64,000 nucleotides of DNA. Origin: Mobula hypostoma. Lineage: Eukaryota. Shown piece by piece: positions 25,369 through 39,424 of the stretch (within the stretch, counting starts at the first letter, position 1; every line of letters starts with the position of its first letter). The stretch covers positions 37,946,001 to 38,010,000 of the forward strand of contig NC_086108.1 of the NCBI RefSeq assembly GCF_963921235.1, read 5' to 3'. The notes beneath the pieces were generated by a model. That model was not told the DNA's origin. It worked only from the letters and a program-made list of their open reading frames with translations, and did not search any database. Position numbers and translations under genes: made by a program.

Positions 25369-26721
25369 CTAAGTATAGTTAGAAGGATACAAGATGTACT
25401 TTCTTCCATTTCAAAGCAAAAGCAGAAATGTAACCTTCTTCACTGCTTGTTTGACTAACTAATCAGATGAAAGGAATATGTTTTCTTGCTTTCTTCAGTT
25501 CCCCTGATTCACTTACAAATATGCAGCTAATTAGTAATTCTGCTTCTTAAAACTTCTTGTATTTTTTTTAAATGTTTTAATTGTCATTAGTAAACAATGA
25601 CTATAATGCTGTTGTGTAATGCAATTGAACTGTATAAGTAACTTACAGTTAGCATAAGATGTGCCTTATATATAAGAATACTAAACACTCTATGATAATA
25701 AACTACAAAAAGTGGGCCACAGTAGTAAAATAGTAATTATGAAAATAATTTTTATTGGTACATCTCAGAAAATCTTTAGTTGCCATACTAGTTCACAGAA
25801 GAGTGATGCATCTTCCAAATAAAATTAAATCAGTCACAGATATTTAATTACATTCAGTGTAAGAGAATTGTATTTCCAAAGGAAAGTTGTTTGCTACTGC
25901 TATTTATTTTCTTTTATACAACATTGTAAATTATCTGAACAACTTGTTGCAGATAAATGAGTCTTCATAATCATGGTATCTGCATTGATTCCTGATGCTT
26001 CTAAACTACTGTATCTTCAGTGAAATGCAGTATTTAGATAATAAAAACTGAATTTTATTGACCAATTTAATGCTCGTGAATAGAATTTCTATTTATCGTA
26101 CGACATAAATCCTAGATTCATCCAGATAATCTATATGGAGAAGGACATGTTAAATTTAATTGAATTCACTTCACCACTGAGTAGGCAAAGTAAAAACTAA
26201 TATCAACAGATCAACATTCATTAATTCCAACTGTGTAAACACTGCAGACATCACATTATTTTTGTCTTAGATCACTATTGTCCGCTTGGTAGTCACTTCA
26301 GTATAAATTACACCACTAAATAAGAATTCATCCGCATGACTTATTAAGCCCAATACAGAGTGAAAGTATGATTGAATTCCAAATGAGTACTTCTCTAATA
26401 TTTATTTGTTAGCTTATTGACTATGCAAACATTTGAATGACTAGATTTTGTGCCAATAGTTCCAATAGAAGTATATGTAATTTTATTAAATTTGACATAA
26501 TCCAAAACACATTCATTCCTTCAACTAAAATACAAATTTAAATGCCTTTCTTGATGGTTCACCACTTTAGCTTGTGAATTATTGGATTACATCTTGTAAA
26601 TATTACTGCTGGTAAATGTGGTTGAAAGATATCGTAAGACAATTCGCACCCCCTAAAGTCATAAATTCAACTATTTCTATGTTAAAATACTTTGTTAAGG
26701 AAAGAACTAAGTGAATAATTA

Positions 26722-26952
<231 letters not shown>

Positions 26953-27514
26953 CTATGATTACCAATGACAGGAAATCTAGGAGGCCAGATGATCTTTTTA
27001 TCCCTGCGTAATCCAGATTATAATACAATATATTATAATATATTCATTTTTTGTTCATTATAAATCAAAAAATTACAATTTACGTACATTCTGGGTGAAA
27101 TATGATTGTCTTAAAAATTAGTTTCAACTGGTGAAGATTCAAAGGATAGGTTTTCAAATCAACTTTTTCCTATATGTGGGAATATAGCAGGTGCTATGGA
27201 AAATGTCCATATTTGATTATATATATGCTAAATTTCACTAATAGTCTTATCGAATTTGTTAGTTTACAATTTTTCCTTTTAAGTAAAAAAAGGGACAAAT
27301 TTTACTATATCATTATCCATATGGTGCCTAAATCTATGCTTACAAAATTGACATACAGATAGCTACATCAAGTTAACTTTTAATAACATTAACCTCCGAA
27401 GGAAATGTTAGAAAGCAAATTAATGATCCAGTGTTTATGCCAGTACAGCCATTAGTAATCCATTCGTAATCCTTTTAGTAATCTTCGTAATTAGTAATTC
27501 TCTTTCCTCACAGT

Positions 27515-28480
27515 AAGATGGTGGCGAGTGTACACGCAGTGGCCTCTCAGGGGCTAAACAAAGAAGCTATTTTTTGTTCAATGTGTTTTTATACATAGTA
27601 AAACCATTCTTGACTCCAATAATTACATGTACAGTAGGTCCACCGCATCAGTGAGCTGCTTATTGTTCAGTATAGTTTGCTGGGGTGGCATAAGAGCCAG
27701 CTGGCAGTTCAGAGTAGATGAGTTGGCCCGTTGGGTCGAGAGAATCAGATCAGGCCATCAGGCGAGGGATTCGAGTCAAGCTGTCAGACCAAGGCAGGCA
27801 AGGCACACCAGTCAGACTGAGAGGCTGGGGGATTTGAGTTAGGCTGTCGGAAGAGGGGATTCAAGTTGGGGATTTGAGTCGGGCTCTTGAGCCTAGGAAT
27901 TCGGGCTGGACTATTGGACCGCAGGAGAAGCTGGATTAGGTTCAAAAGAGCTGGCCTGGGTCCAGACCTTGCTGCTGCCTGCTACTCGGAGGCACTGGAG
28001 TTAGCATGAAGGCGGCATGTTGTGAAAACGTGAGTGACTGTCTGGGAGGTTTCTATTGAGATGGCAAGACCCTTTTGGGTATTGATTGTCTCAGGCCTGC
28101 TTCCCTTGTTTGGTGATGAGACGGGCGGCGAGGCAGCAGTGTCGCCTTGGTCATAGCGAGAACTAGGCCTCAAGCCTCATGCTTGCATTGTAACGTGGCA
28201 TCCATGCTCGGTAGGGGGTGGCCTCGCCCATCAGTGCAGCTCTCCTGTGTTGGATTGGTGGGACAACAGGCTGGACTGCTTGGAACCATAAATTTTCAGG
28301 GCTTGTCACTTAGGGTCTCAGACTAAAAAATATGATTATTTTCTTTTTTACCCTTTCTCATTATATTGATTGTGCATGTATGTTTTTGCACCTTGGCCCC
28401 AGAGGAATACTGTCTCGTTTGGTTGTATCCATGTATGGCTTGAATGACAATTAGACTTGTTTTGATTTGATTTGATTTGC
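27515..28480 (+). mobile_element. Non-coding retroposon: GC-rich body with degenerate internal repeats and a LINE-type tail
   Basis: Starts aagatggtggcg, contains repeated gggattc/tgagt motifs (27760-27920) and ends (gattt)n. The tail is shared with 5365-5470. Confidence 0.5.
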
Positions 28481-28640
28481 TTGTGCAACCATGCTAGGGC
28501 ATATCCACACTACATTTAAAAATCTCTTGGAGAACACTTCTGTATTTTAATTTGTAAATCTCATGGCTTTATGTCATGAACTACCACCCTTGCTAAAACA
28601 CCAGAATCTGTGATCAACTGGAATTTCATCTTACATAGTT

Positions 28641-28897
28641 GCGGTGGTACAGTAGTGTAGCAGTTAGCGTAATGCTTTGGTAGTGCCAATGGCGCAGGTC
28701 CAGTTCTGCCACTGTCTGCAAGGAGTGTGTACATTCTCCCCCCGACTGTATGGGTTTCCTCTGGGTGCTCCAGTTACCTCTTACCTTCCAAAGGTGTGCA
28801 GGTTCGTAGCATAATCAGACAGACGAGTGTAATTAGGTGACAAAAGCTCAATGAGTTGGAAAGGTCTGTTACCATACTGAATCTCTAAATTAAATAA
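28641..28897 (+). mobile_element. tRNA-derived V-SINE (HE1-like)
   Basis: Decayed tRNA head, then the V-domain-like ttctcccccgactgtatgggtttcctctgggtgctccagtt. Confidence 0.7.
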
Positions 28898-29907
28898 TAT
28901 TTTCGGGCTACTTTACAGAGGACCTGATGAATTTTCTGTCATCTCCAGACACTTCCTTTGATTTTGGTGGCAAAAGGTGCAAGAAATCTCAAGGAGTAAC
29001 CAGGTAACAACAGCAGATGGCAACAGTTTCACTGTCAGTTGTTACCACAAAATCCAAAACAATATTTGAACTCCTTTATGCTGGGCACGAAGGTAGATTA
29101 TACACCAGCAGGGCAATCATGAGCACTGCACTTTCAAGAGATTAGCTCCCAACTGGCAAGAACATACTAACCTTCACTGTTTGTTTTGAATAGTAAACAT
29201 GGAACATCTCCTAAGGGTAGCTAAAAAAATCCAATAAAAATATGAAGCCTATTGAAATGGATGGAGTTTGTTTAGAAATGATGGGTTCAGAACTGACAGG
29301 AAACAGGAACTGGAACTCACAGGAAACAGGGACTGGAACTCAGTGCAGTGTACGTAGTGGATCGGAAACTAGAAGATTACTGAACTTGAGACAAAAGCAA
29401 TTATTTTCCAGACTTTGCCATCCAGGAGGACGACTTGCAGGAACTCAAAACATAAAGCAAGCTGATGCAATGGGATCAATTAATTATTTTTGAGTAGTAG
29501 ATGGGATACTGTGGCAATCAAGCTCGCTTTCTTTTATCAATATAAAGCATACACAAATACAAAAATATAGCTAGCAACTAGAACATATCCACTTTTCTTG
29601 ATGAGTTATTAAATGGAAGCAACAGCAGATGTCAAAGAATTTCAACTTTAAATGGCAAAATAAATTGATGTATTTGATTTTGACATATCAATGCCAGAGG
29701 AATTTGAATAGTTTTTACTTCTTATGTCGTAACAAATCTCAAGTTAAAAACATGTTTAAAACAATTAATCACAGGTGTGGACAACACTGATATAGCCTGT
29801 ATATATTACCACTCTCCTTCTACCCTGAAATGGGAGGTGCGGAGCGAGATCTTGAACCAAAGCGATCTGTGTCATGCAACTACTGGGCTACTTCGGCAAG
29901 CAATTGC

Positions 29908-30345
29908 AACAGAATCAGAATCAGATTTATTATCACTGTCTTATATGACTTGATTTTTTTTTGTTTTGTGGCAGCAGTACAGTGCATGACATAAAATAAC
30001 TTCAAATTACAAAAGAAATAAATAGTGCACAAAAAAAAGGAATAAGGAGCTCGAATTTGTGAGTTCATGAACCATTCAGAAACCTGATGGCGGAGGGAAA
30101 GAAGCTGTTTCTAAAGGGCTGAGTGAGGGTCTTCAGGCTCCTATATCTCCTTTCTGCTGGCAATAATGGGAAGAGGATAGTAAAAGTCCACAGTGATTGT
30201 TGCTGTCTTCTTGAGGCACCACCTCTTTAAGATGACCTCAAATGGCTGGGAAGTTTGGGCCAGTGATAGGGCTGGCTGAGTATACAACACACTGCAGCCT
30301 CCTCTGAGCTTATACACTTTAGGCCCTCCAAACCATATATATCCC
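29908..30345 (-). mobile_element. Rex-like LINE 3' fragment
   Basis: (cagaat)n tail and aagaagctgtt...cttcaggctcct, the reverse of the RSLK...NSFFP region. Confidence 0.7.
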
Positions 30346-31065
30346 CAGCGTCTTTGGGAAACCATGGGTGATGGATTTGGACAGAATCTTATCATTCACA
30401 TTCAACACTGAAATGGTTTTCCATTTCCTGATGTTGTTCCTCTCCCTCTTCAGTTAGTTAATAAGGGTGATGCAAACTTTCTTCATGAAGTGTGACATGC
30501 TACCAGCCAGAAGCGTATCGAACAATGGCAGAAAAAGTTACCCTTTTGAAGGGATAGAGAACGTCATGTCATGATTATTTAATTTGCATAATTTGTTACC
30601 TCATACACACTTATATAATGGGCGTTTCCTTGTACTGGATATCAGGGCCACAGTGAAAACTGGATTTCTTGATGGGAAAGAGGAATAAGTAGTTTGTAAA
30701 GGTATAGCTAAACTGGCCAATTTAGAGTAGCAAGAGTATAAAGATGATCAATTATGCAGTTCAGTAACATTATACTGCACCAACTAACACAGTCCACTGA
30801 GAACTTTCAGCTCCAGTACATTTAAGCTTCAGGCTAAATCCATTTAAGTGCATAAAGTGAAAGTGTTTGTTTCTCTTACAGAAATGCATATTCTGCTGTT
30901 TGACTTAAGAAGTTGTTCAAATTTGGTATAGAACAAATAATTACACCTGTTAGACTTGGACATTGCTAATCAGTAAGCTCAATAATTAACTTCAAGTTAG
31001 ATATATTTTAGATGAGGAAAAAGTATCATTGAAGGAATATTGTAACCTTACAGTACTTTATTTGA

Positions 31066-33253
31066 TAGCTGATAAAGGGGGTGCTGTTGTAGTCTGGCGT
31101 ACTGACCTCTACCTTGCCGAGGCACAGCGACAACTCGCGGATACCTCCTCTTATTTACCCCTCGATCGTGACCCCACTAAGGAGCACCAGGCCATTGTCT
31201 CCCACACTATCAACGACTTTACCCGCTCAGGGGATCTCCCATCCACTGCTACCAACCTTATAGTTCCTACACCCCGCACTTCCCGTTTCTACCTCCTACC
31301 CAAGATCCACAAACCTGCCTGTCCTGGCCGACCTATTGTCTCAGCTTGCTCCTGCCCCACCGAACTCGTTTCTGCATACCTCGACACTGTTTTATCACCC
31401 CTTGTTCAATCCCTTCCGACCTATGTTCGTGACACTTCTCACGCTCTTAAACTTTTCGATGATTTTAAGTTCCCTGGCCCCCACCGCTTTATTTTCACCA
31501 TGGATGTCCAGTCCTTATATACTTCCATCCCCCATCAGGAAGGTCTCAAAGCTCTACGCTTCTTTTTGGATTCCAGACCTAATCAGTTCCCCTCTACCAC
31601 CACTCTGATCCGTCTAGCGGAATTAGTCCTTACTCTTAATAATTTCTCCTTTTGCTCCTCCCATTTCCTCCAAACTAAAGGTGTAGCTATGGGCACCCGT
31701 ATGGGTCCTAGCTATGCCTGCCTTTTTGTTGGGTTTGTGGAACAATCTATGTTCCGTGCCTATTCTGGTATCTGTCCCCCACTTTTCCTTCGCTACATCG
31801 ACGACTGCATTGGCGCTGCTTCCTGCACGCATGCAGAACTCGTTGACTTTATTAACTTTGCCTCCAACTTTCACCCTGCCCTCAAGTTTACATGGTCCAT
31901 TTCCGACACCTCCCTCCCCTTTCTAGATCTTTCTGTCTCTGTCTCTGGAGACAGCTTATCCACTGATGTCTACTATAAGCCTACTGACTCTCACAGCTAT
32001 CTGGACTATTCCTCTTCTCACCCTGTCTCTTGCAAAAACGCCATCCCCTTCTCGCAATTCCTCCATCTCCGCCGCATCTGCTCTCAGGATGAGGCTTTTC
32101 ATTCTAGGACGAGGGAGATGTCTTCATTTTTTAAAGAAAGGGGCTTCCCTTCCTCCACTATCAACTCTGCTCTTAAATGCATCTCCCCCATTTCACGTAC
32201 ATCTGTTCTCACTCCATCCTCCCACCACCCCACTAGGAATAGGGTTCCCCTGGTCCTCACTTACCACCCCACCAGCCTCCGGGTCCTACATATTATTCTC
32301 CGTAACTTCCGCCACCTCCAACGGGATCCCACCACTAAGCACATCTTTCCCTCCCCCCCCTCTCTGCATTCCGCAGGGATCGCTCCCTACACAACTCCCT
32401 TGTCCATTCGTCCCCCCCATCCCTCCCCACTGATCTCCCTCCTGGCACTTATCCGTGTAAGCGGAACAAGTGCTACACATGCCCTTACACTTCCTCCCTC
32501 ACCACCATTCAGGGCCCCAAACAGTCCTTCCAGGTGAGGCATCACTTCACCTGTGAGTCGACTGGGGTGATATACTGCGTCCGGTGCTCCCGATGTGGCC
32601 TTTTATATATTGGTGAGACCCGACGCAGACTGGGAGACCGCTTTGCTGAACATCTACGCTCTGTCCGCCAGAGAAAGCAGGATCTCCCAGTGGCCACACA
32701 TTTTAATTCCACATCCTATTCCCATTCTGACATGTCTATCCACGGCCTCCTCTACTGTAAAGATGAAGCCACACTCAGGTTGGAGGAACAACACCTTATA
32801 TTCCGTCTGGGTAGCCTCCAACCTGATGGCATGAACATTGACTTCTCTAACTTCCGCTAGGCCCCACCTCCCCCTCGTACCCCATCTGTTACTCATTTTT
32901 ATGCACACATTCTTTCTCTCACTCTCCTTTTTCTCCCTCTGTCCCTCTGAATATACCTCTTGCCCATCCTCTGGGTCACCCCGCCCCCCCGTCTTTCTTC
33001 CCAGACCTCCTGTCCCATGATCTTCTCGTATCCCCTTTTGCCTTTCACCTGTCCAGCTCTCGGCTCTATCCCTCCCCCTCCTGTCTTCTCCTATCATTTT
33101 GCATCTCCCCCTCCCCCTTCAGCTTTCAAATCCCTTACTCACTCTTCCTTCAGTTAGTCCTGACGAAGGGTCTCGGCCTGAAACGTCGACTGCGCCTCTT
33201 CCTATAGATGCTGCTTGGCCTGCTGCGTTCACCAGCAACTTTGATGTGTGTTG
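31066..33253 (+). mobile_element. Penelope-like element (Neptune type), 5'-truncated, young
   Basis: ADKGGAVV, YLLPKIHK, GRPIVS, MDV.SLYTSI, GVAMG, RYIDD, a Cys-rich linker (CKRNKCYTC) and GIY-YIG. One frameshift in the poly-C run near 32355. 15-bp TSD cagtactttatttga at 31051-31065 and 33254-33268. Confidence 0.96.
33155..33192 (+). ncRNA. Minimal type I hammerhead ribozyme
   Basis: Identical 38-mer to 19308-19345; predicted cut after 33187. Confidence 0.85.
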
Positions 33254-33618
33254 CAGTACTTTATTTGAGCTGTTTAATTGTAAATACTCAGACAACTTTT
33301 CAGCAAACTCCAAATAAAGCTTAACTGAATCTATACATAATAATTTTACCTCTTTGGTACATAAATAGTAGCTTCTATTTTCTGGTTTAATTTGTTCCTC
33401 ATTTGTCAAAATTAGTACTTACCTATGAAAGCAAGATAGAGCAACAATCAACTGACAAGCTATCAGTGATCATACTATTTGAGATAAATAAAATAAATAT
33501 AAAAGTAGGCCACTTCAGAGCCAAAATATCTGAACAGTAGTTGATAAAAAGAATACGTTACAAATATTTTAGAAATTATGCACAACACTGAAACTACTAT
33601 ATGCACTGGGCTGCTTAC

Positions 33619-33799
33619 CTGTATTGGCAACACTACAAGTGCAACGCAGATCATGACGACCACTAACAACTTGGAAGGCCATACTTTGGGCGTGACATCA
33701 CCAAACCCCACAGTTGAGAAAGTGACAATGCAGAAGTAAAGGGAGTCAAAGAGTGTCAGGTTATTCCCTGCTCTTTCCAAATGCTGTATTCCACAGATG
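33619..33799 (-). CDS. KCNT2: KCNT2 coding exon, 181 bp: end of S5, pore helix, selectivity filter TVGFG, S6
   Basis: Translates (C)[60 protein letters not shown]. Acceptor tttttttttag, donor CAG|gtaagc. FDSLYF, GFG and LPIQ match KCNT2 rather than KCNT1 (TSFYF, GYG, LPLQ) as I recall them. Confidence 0.93.
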
Positions 33800-34446
33800 C
33801 TAAAAAAAAAGTTAAGGTATTAAAAACATTAAAGAATCTTACAAAACTGTACAGGTTAAAAGAAAAGGAGGACATTTTCCTTCCTTTTTGTAATACTAAA
33901 ATTGCTTAAAAATCACTGATATTCTTGAGCCTGTTTCATCAATTAAACAACTTTATGGTTATTTTCCCATGAACTACACAATTAATTTTTTAACGTTTAT
34001 TTTTCTTGAGGTGATGCATTTTCCATTACAAAACCAATTACATTCCCTGTAACAATTTAGCTTAGCAAAGCACATTTCTGCGTCATCAAAAATTTTCTTG
34101 GATATTGCCCAGCAATCAGATGTATAGTGTAACACGGCAGCATCTAGATTCCAGTAGAAGAGTTTTGTTTTGAACTTTCGTGTGGGCCTTATAAAAGAAA
34201 GATTTAGTAATCCAAAATAAGGATTTCTTGAGGAATAATAACTACTATAGTGTTGCATATTGTAATGTTATTTAATTTTATAATCTAAAACAACTTTCAA
34301 TCTTAAATTCCCATTAAAAAAGGAAACCAACTTTAACTCAAATGATGATTATAGAAATGAATCCTATAAGGCTTGATTGAAAATTAAGCATACAGCTAAT
34401 CTATACCCCTAGGGTTGTTCACTTGTCAAAGATGAAAATCAGAGTT

Positions 34447-34625
34447 TAAAACAGAAATTTTTTAACCCTCAGCAGATAGGACAGTATCTGTGGAAAGTGA
34501 AATAGAGTTAACATTTCACTATTAACAGAGCGAAATATTAACTCTGTAGGTTTTCCCACAGACACTGACCCGCCGAGTGTTTCAAGCATTCTCTGTTTTC
34601 AGCTGAGATTTTCAGCATCTGCAGA
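34447..34625. mobile_element. Old hairpin-shaped Penelope-end derivative
   Basis: Imperfect inverted arms (ctcagcag...tctgtggaaa...agagttaac / ttaactct...tcccacagac...gagtg), then the tail ttttcagcatctgcag. Confidence 0.55.
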
Positions 34626-35314
34626 TCATTGAACTTCACAAAAAACTATGGGTTATACCAATGTCATTCTGTTCCTGCATGTGCAGATATGTTCTTTCCC
34701 CCATTGTCCCTACTTATTGAGAAAGAACTTTTATTTGTAACCATTAGTCTATTTTCTCTGCAACTGATGCCAGTTCCTGCTGAGAGGTCCTCCACTTCCT
34801 GTTCTTCTTGTGCATTATAGCAAGGCCAAGCAGCTCATCAAGCAAATAATTAAATCAAAACTGTACCACCCCCAAATGACAATGGTGGTGAATGCTTGGG
34901 TAAGTAATGCAAACAGGAGCTCTATGATTGTTTCCAATCTTAGCAATGTAGAAGCAAACAGATCAGTGGGGTGGGCCGGGGTGTGAATGAGACTGAGTTG
35001 CTTGTAAATCGAAGGAAAGAATTTTAGCCTGCTCTCATGAGGCCCAGCATCATAAGCACTAATCTTTTGTTTTCTCTAAAACAGATGAGCATTTGAGTGC
35101 ATTGACACAGAATACCCTTTCCTCCCGTCCAGTGACAGGCATTAAGCTTGATCCAAAAGTATTTGCACAGTCTGACATATTTATTGAAACATTTATCAAC
35201 AAAAGCCCATTCCTTCAGTAGAAGCCTTAATATGGATTTCATATTGGTTGCTTAACGAGTACTCTCAGAAGGTCAAAAGTTGTGCTTAAGGGCGTGAAAA
35301 CAGAGCAGAAAGAA

Positions 35315-36603
35315 GATAGAACAAAATACCACAGTACAGTACAGTCCATGGCGTCATCCTGACCCTTTAACCTGTTCAAAAAACAATCTAACCCTTCCCA
35401 ACCACTAATTTTTTCTTCTACCTATGCACTTATCTGAAGTGTCCCTAATGTATCTGTCTCCACACCACCCCTGGCAGAGTGTTCCACACACCTGTGTGAA
35501 AAAAAAACCTACCTGTAACATCCATCCCTATACTTTCATCCAAAGACATTAAAGTTATTCCCACTCGTATTAGCTATTTCCAAAAAAGTCTCTGGCTGTT
35601 CACTCTAAGACTCTATCATTTTGTACACCTCTATCAAATCACCTCTCATCCTCTTTCTCTCGAAAGAGAAAAGCCCGAGCTTGCTCAACCTATCCTCATA
35701 GGCCATCCTTTCTAATACAGTCATCATTCTGGTAAGTCTCCTCTGCACTATCTCTAAAGGTTTCACATCTATCCTATAAAGAGGCGACCAGAACTGAACA
35801 CAATACTTCATGTGTAGTCTAAGCAGAGTTTTATAGAGTTGCAACATTACCTCACAGCACTTGAACTCAATCCCCTGGCTAATGAAAGCCAACACAACAT
35901 ACGCCTTCTTAACCACCCTACCAACTTGCACTGCAACTTTAAGGGATCTCTTGACATGGACCCCAAGATCCCTCTATTATCCTTGCATTTATCCCTGATT
36001 TCTGACTTCAAGTTCAACCTTCCAATGTATAGCACTTTACAGTTTTCCAGATTGGAATCCATCTGCCACATAGCTCAACTCTGCATCCTCTCAATGTCCC
36101 ATTGTAACCTACGATACTATTCACAGCATCGTCGATCTTCATTATCATCAGCAAACTTATTATCCAGCCCTTCCACTTCTTTATCCAAGTTACTTATAAA
36201 AATCACGAAGAGCAGAGGTTCCAGAACAGATCCCTGTGGAACACCACTGGTCATGGACCAGTACGTAGAAAACACTCCATCTACTACAGTACTACCCTTT
36301 GTCTTCCACAGGCAAGCCAATTCTGAATCTACGCAGCCAACTTTCCTTGGGACTCATACCTTCTGATATTCTGAATGAGCCTACCATGGGGGAACTTTGT
36401 GAAATGCCTTACAAAAATCCACGTGTACCACATCCACTGCTCTGCCTTCATCAATATGCTTTGTCACTTCCTCAAAGATTTCCATAAGGCTGGTGAAGCA
36501 TGATTTGCCCCACTAAAAGCTATGATGACTATCCATAATCAAACCATGCTTCTTAAAATGCTTGTTAAAATGCTTGTACATCCAGTCTCTAAGAATCCTC
36601 TCC
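35315..36603 (-). mobile_element. CR1-clade LINE 3' portion
   Basis: [23 protein letters not shown] and RMRGDLIEVYK on the minus strand. Confidence 0.9.
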
Positions 36604-38621
36604 AAAGTTAAATTAAATAAAACACAATGAAAGCTCAGCAGGTTCATGAATGCCTTATTTTTTATCACTAAATCATTCCAAGAAAGATTCAACTCAAATT
36701 ACCTAATCTAAAGTGAATTTTCAAGACAAGCAGTGTTTAATATATCCTTCCTGATCTGTCAAAGCTGATCTTGGAAGTATTATAAAAGGTATACAGGCAC
36801 GTATTCAGCAGATGTACAAGAAATGTTCTCCTCATTCCATCTCTTTACATTTTCATAAATCAGAGTAAATTGTATGTGATCCTTTGGTAGCAATAAATAA
36901 TTATTTGCTCACCCAGTTGCATAATATTAACATTGCCTTAATATAAACAGTTCAATCTGGATTGTAAAAATAAAAGACAATATTTGTTTAACCTTCAACC
37001 TTAAGCACCTGATTTACGGTAACATTAGTTTCAGTAAATCATGATCAAATGATTGCCAAGGCTTTGGCACAAATTTCTGCAGTGCAAGTCATTGAACATT
37101 TCATTTGACTAAGCAGTTTCAACGTATTTCACATTACTTAACACATTAGTGAGAATGTTATGACTTCATTTATATTCTAACCAGAACAGATACTCAATGA
37201 TCTAGAATGGAATCTGAAAGATATACAATATTTTAATTTATAAATAAAAAATTATTTAACTGCACAAATAAGCAACATTAAAGCTAATTCATTTTTAAAG
37301 GTGCCTATTTCTCTTCATCGGCAGCCTGTATTCCTTAACTACCCTGAATATTATACCTTTATAGCTCTTCTTGATTATATCAAACTTGAAAACTTAATGT
37401 GACCTATTTCTTAGAAAAGATTAAAGTTCAGGAGAGCAGCCAAGATACTGTGGTGATTATTTCCATTAGATGTCACTCTATCATGGTCAAAAACAGCATT
37501 CTGTCTGAATCGAGATAGGTCACAGCTGAGTTGTTACTTTGCCCTTCCACTTCTGGAAACATACCCAAATATGCAAACCATATCAGAGTAGAATACAGAA
37601 AAATATAGCATAGGAGCAGGCCCTTCAGACCATGACGTCTGCGCTGTCTACGATGCTGAATGAAACTAATCACATTTGCCTGCATATAATCCATATATTT
37701 CCCTCATGTCACCATCTGTGTAAATGCCTCTTAAAACACACCATCTTTTCTGCCTTCATCATCACCAACCCAGGCAATACGTTATAAACACTTACCAATC
37801 GAGTGTGTAAAAAGAAAGCATTGCTCTGAACATTTCCTTTAAAATTGCACCTTTTCACCTATTATTTTCACAATAGTACCTGTTATATTATTTTGTACAA
37901 CATTTTTGCACATTGTTGCAAATTATTGTGTTTATTGTTATGTACTTTATTTTAGTTAAGTCTGCACACTGCTAAGTACATTTTTAAATGTTGCTGCTAT
38001 AACAAAAGAATTTCCTACTTGGGAATAATAAGGTATTTATTATAATAATTATTATTATATAATGGAACTTGTGGGACTGTTGTTTCAAAACTTTCAAGAG
38101 GATGCAAGGGGTGGTTTGCCAGGATGCTGCTTGGCTTGGAGAGCATATGTGATGAGGAGAGGTTGAACAAGCTGGTGTTGCTTTAACTGTACCAGCAAAG
38201 GCTGAACGATTTGATAGAGGTTTACAAATTATGCCAAACGTCTTCAGTCTCCTGTGGAAGTAAAGAGGTTGGTAAGCTTCTTTGGCCATGATATCAAAAT
38301 GGCTGCTCCAGGACAGGCTTGTGGTGGTATTCACATCTTTGAACTTGAAGCTCTCAACCTTAACACTATTAATTTAGATTGGAGCATGTGCAATGCCCCG
38401 TTACCGAAAGTCAATGACCTGTTTTTTTGCTTTGTTGACACTGAGGAAAGGGTTGCTGCCATGCCACTCTGCCACTAAGCACACTATCTCCTTCCTGTAC
38501 TTTCTCTCTTTGTTATTTGAGATACTGCCTAGAACAGTGGTATCATCTGAAAACTTGTAGAAGGAATTAGAGGAGAATCTAGCCATGCAGTTATGAGTGT
38601 ACAGGAAGGAGTGTAGGGGAC

Positions 38622-39104
38622 TGTCAGTACCTCCAGTTGAACTCTGTCTTTTCGTGTGTTTCCCGCTAGCTGTCAGTCTGTGGTTTTGTATTGCCATGTG
38701 CTCCTGTCCCTGCTCCTGCTCTACTCCAGCCCCTGTATTACCGAGTACTCCGTCTCTCACCTGCTTCTCATTATCACCTGTATCGCTGCCACCTGTGTAT
38801 CACTGTGCTCCACCTATCATCTGCCTCTCTGTTTATTGCTCAGTGTATTTCAGTCCTGTGTTTTGACCTGGTTGTGCCAGTGAATTTTCCTGAGCCTTTC
38901 CAGTATTTGTATCTGAACTCTATCTGTCGGAAGATCGACTCTGCCTGTTTCCTGATTCTGGTGTTTGAATTTCTATGGATGTTTTGATCTCTGCCTGAAC
39001 TTTCACACCAACTTTGTTTGCACCTTGGGATTTGCTACTCAATTAATATCACTGTGTGCACAGTTCTGGGTCTGCGATTAGATCCTTGCTCCAGCATCCT
39101 GACG
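38622..39104 (+). mobile_element. Solo LTR, 483 bp
   Basis: Termini tgtcag...ctgac(g) with a 5-bp TSD gggac at 38617-38621 and 39105-39109. The strand is a guess from composition. Confidence 0.75.
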
Positions 39105-39212
39105 GGGACTGAGGATGTAACCTTCTGGAGCACCAGTGTTTAGAATAAGCATGGCAGAGTTGCTGCTGATACCTACTGATTGTGGTGACTTGGTCAGGAA
39201 GTCAAGGATCCA

Positions 39213-39424
39213 CAAAATGCGGGAGGAACTCAGCAGGTCAGGCAGCATCAATGGAAAAGAGTAAACAGTTGATGTTTTGGGCCAAGACCCCTCACCAGGA
39301 CTGAGGAAGGGTCTTAGCCTAAAACATCAACTGTTTACTCTTTTCCATAGATGCTGCTTGACCTGCTGAGTTCCTGCAGCATTTTGTGTCTGTCGCTTGG
39401 ATTTCCAACATGTGTAGATTTTCT
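39213..39424. mobile_element. Miniature hairpin Penelope derivative, 212 bp
   Basis: Inverted arms of about 85 bp meet at decayed hammerhead cores, followed by a tail extension. 13-bp TSD agtcaaggatcca at 39200-39212 and 39425-39437. Confidence 0.85.

Noticed and set aside
29296..29342. 23-bp tandem pair (acaggaaacagg.actggaactc)
   Set aside because: Only two copies with no supporting context; probably a local duplication or an LTR scrap.
31029..31067. Real start for the 502-aa Penelope ORF
   Set aside because: The TTG start and first residues come from flanking DNA and the TSD; the element is 5'-truncated.
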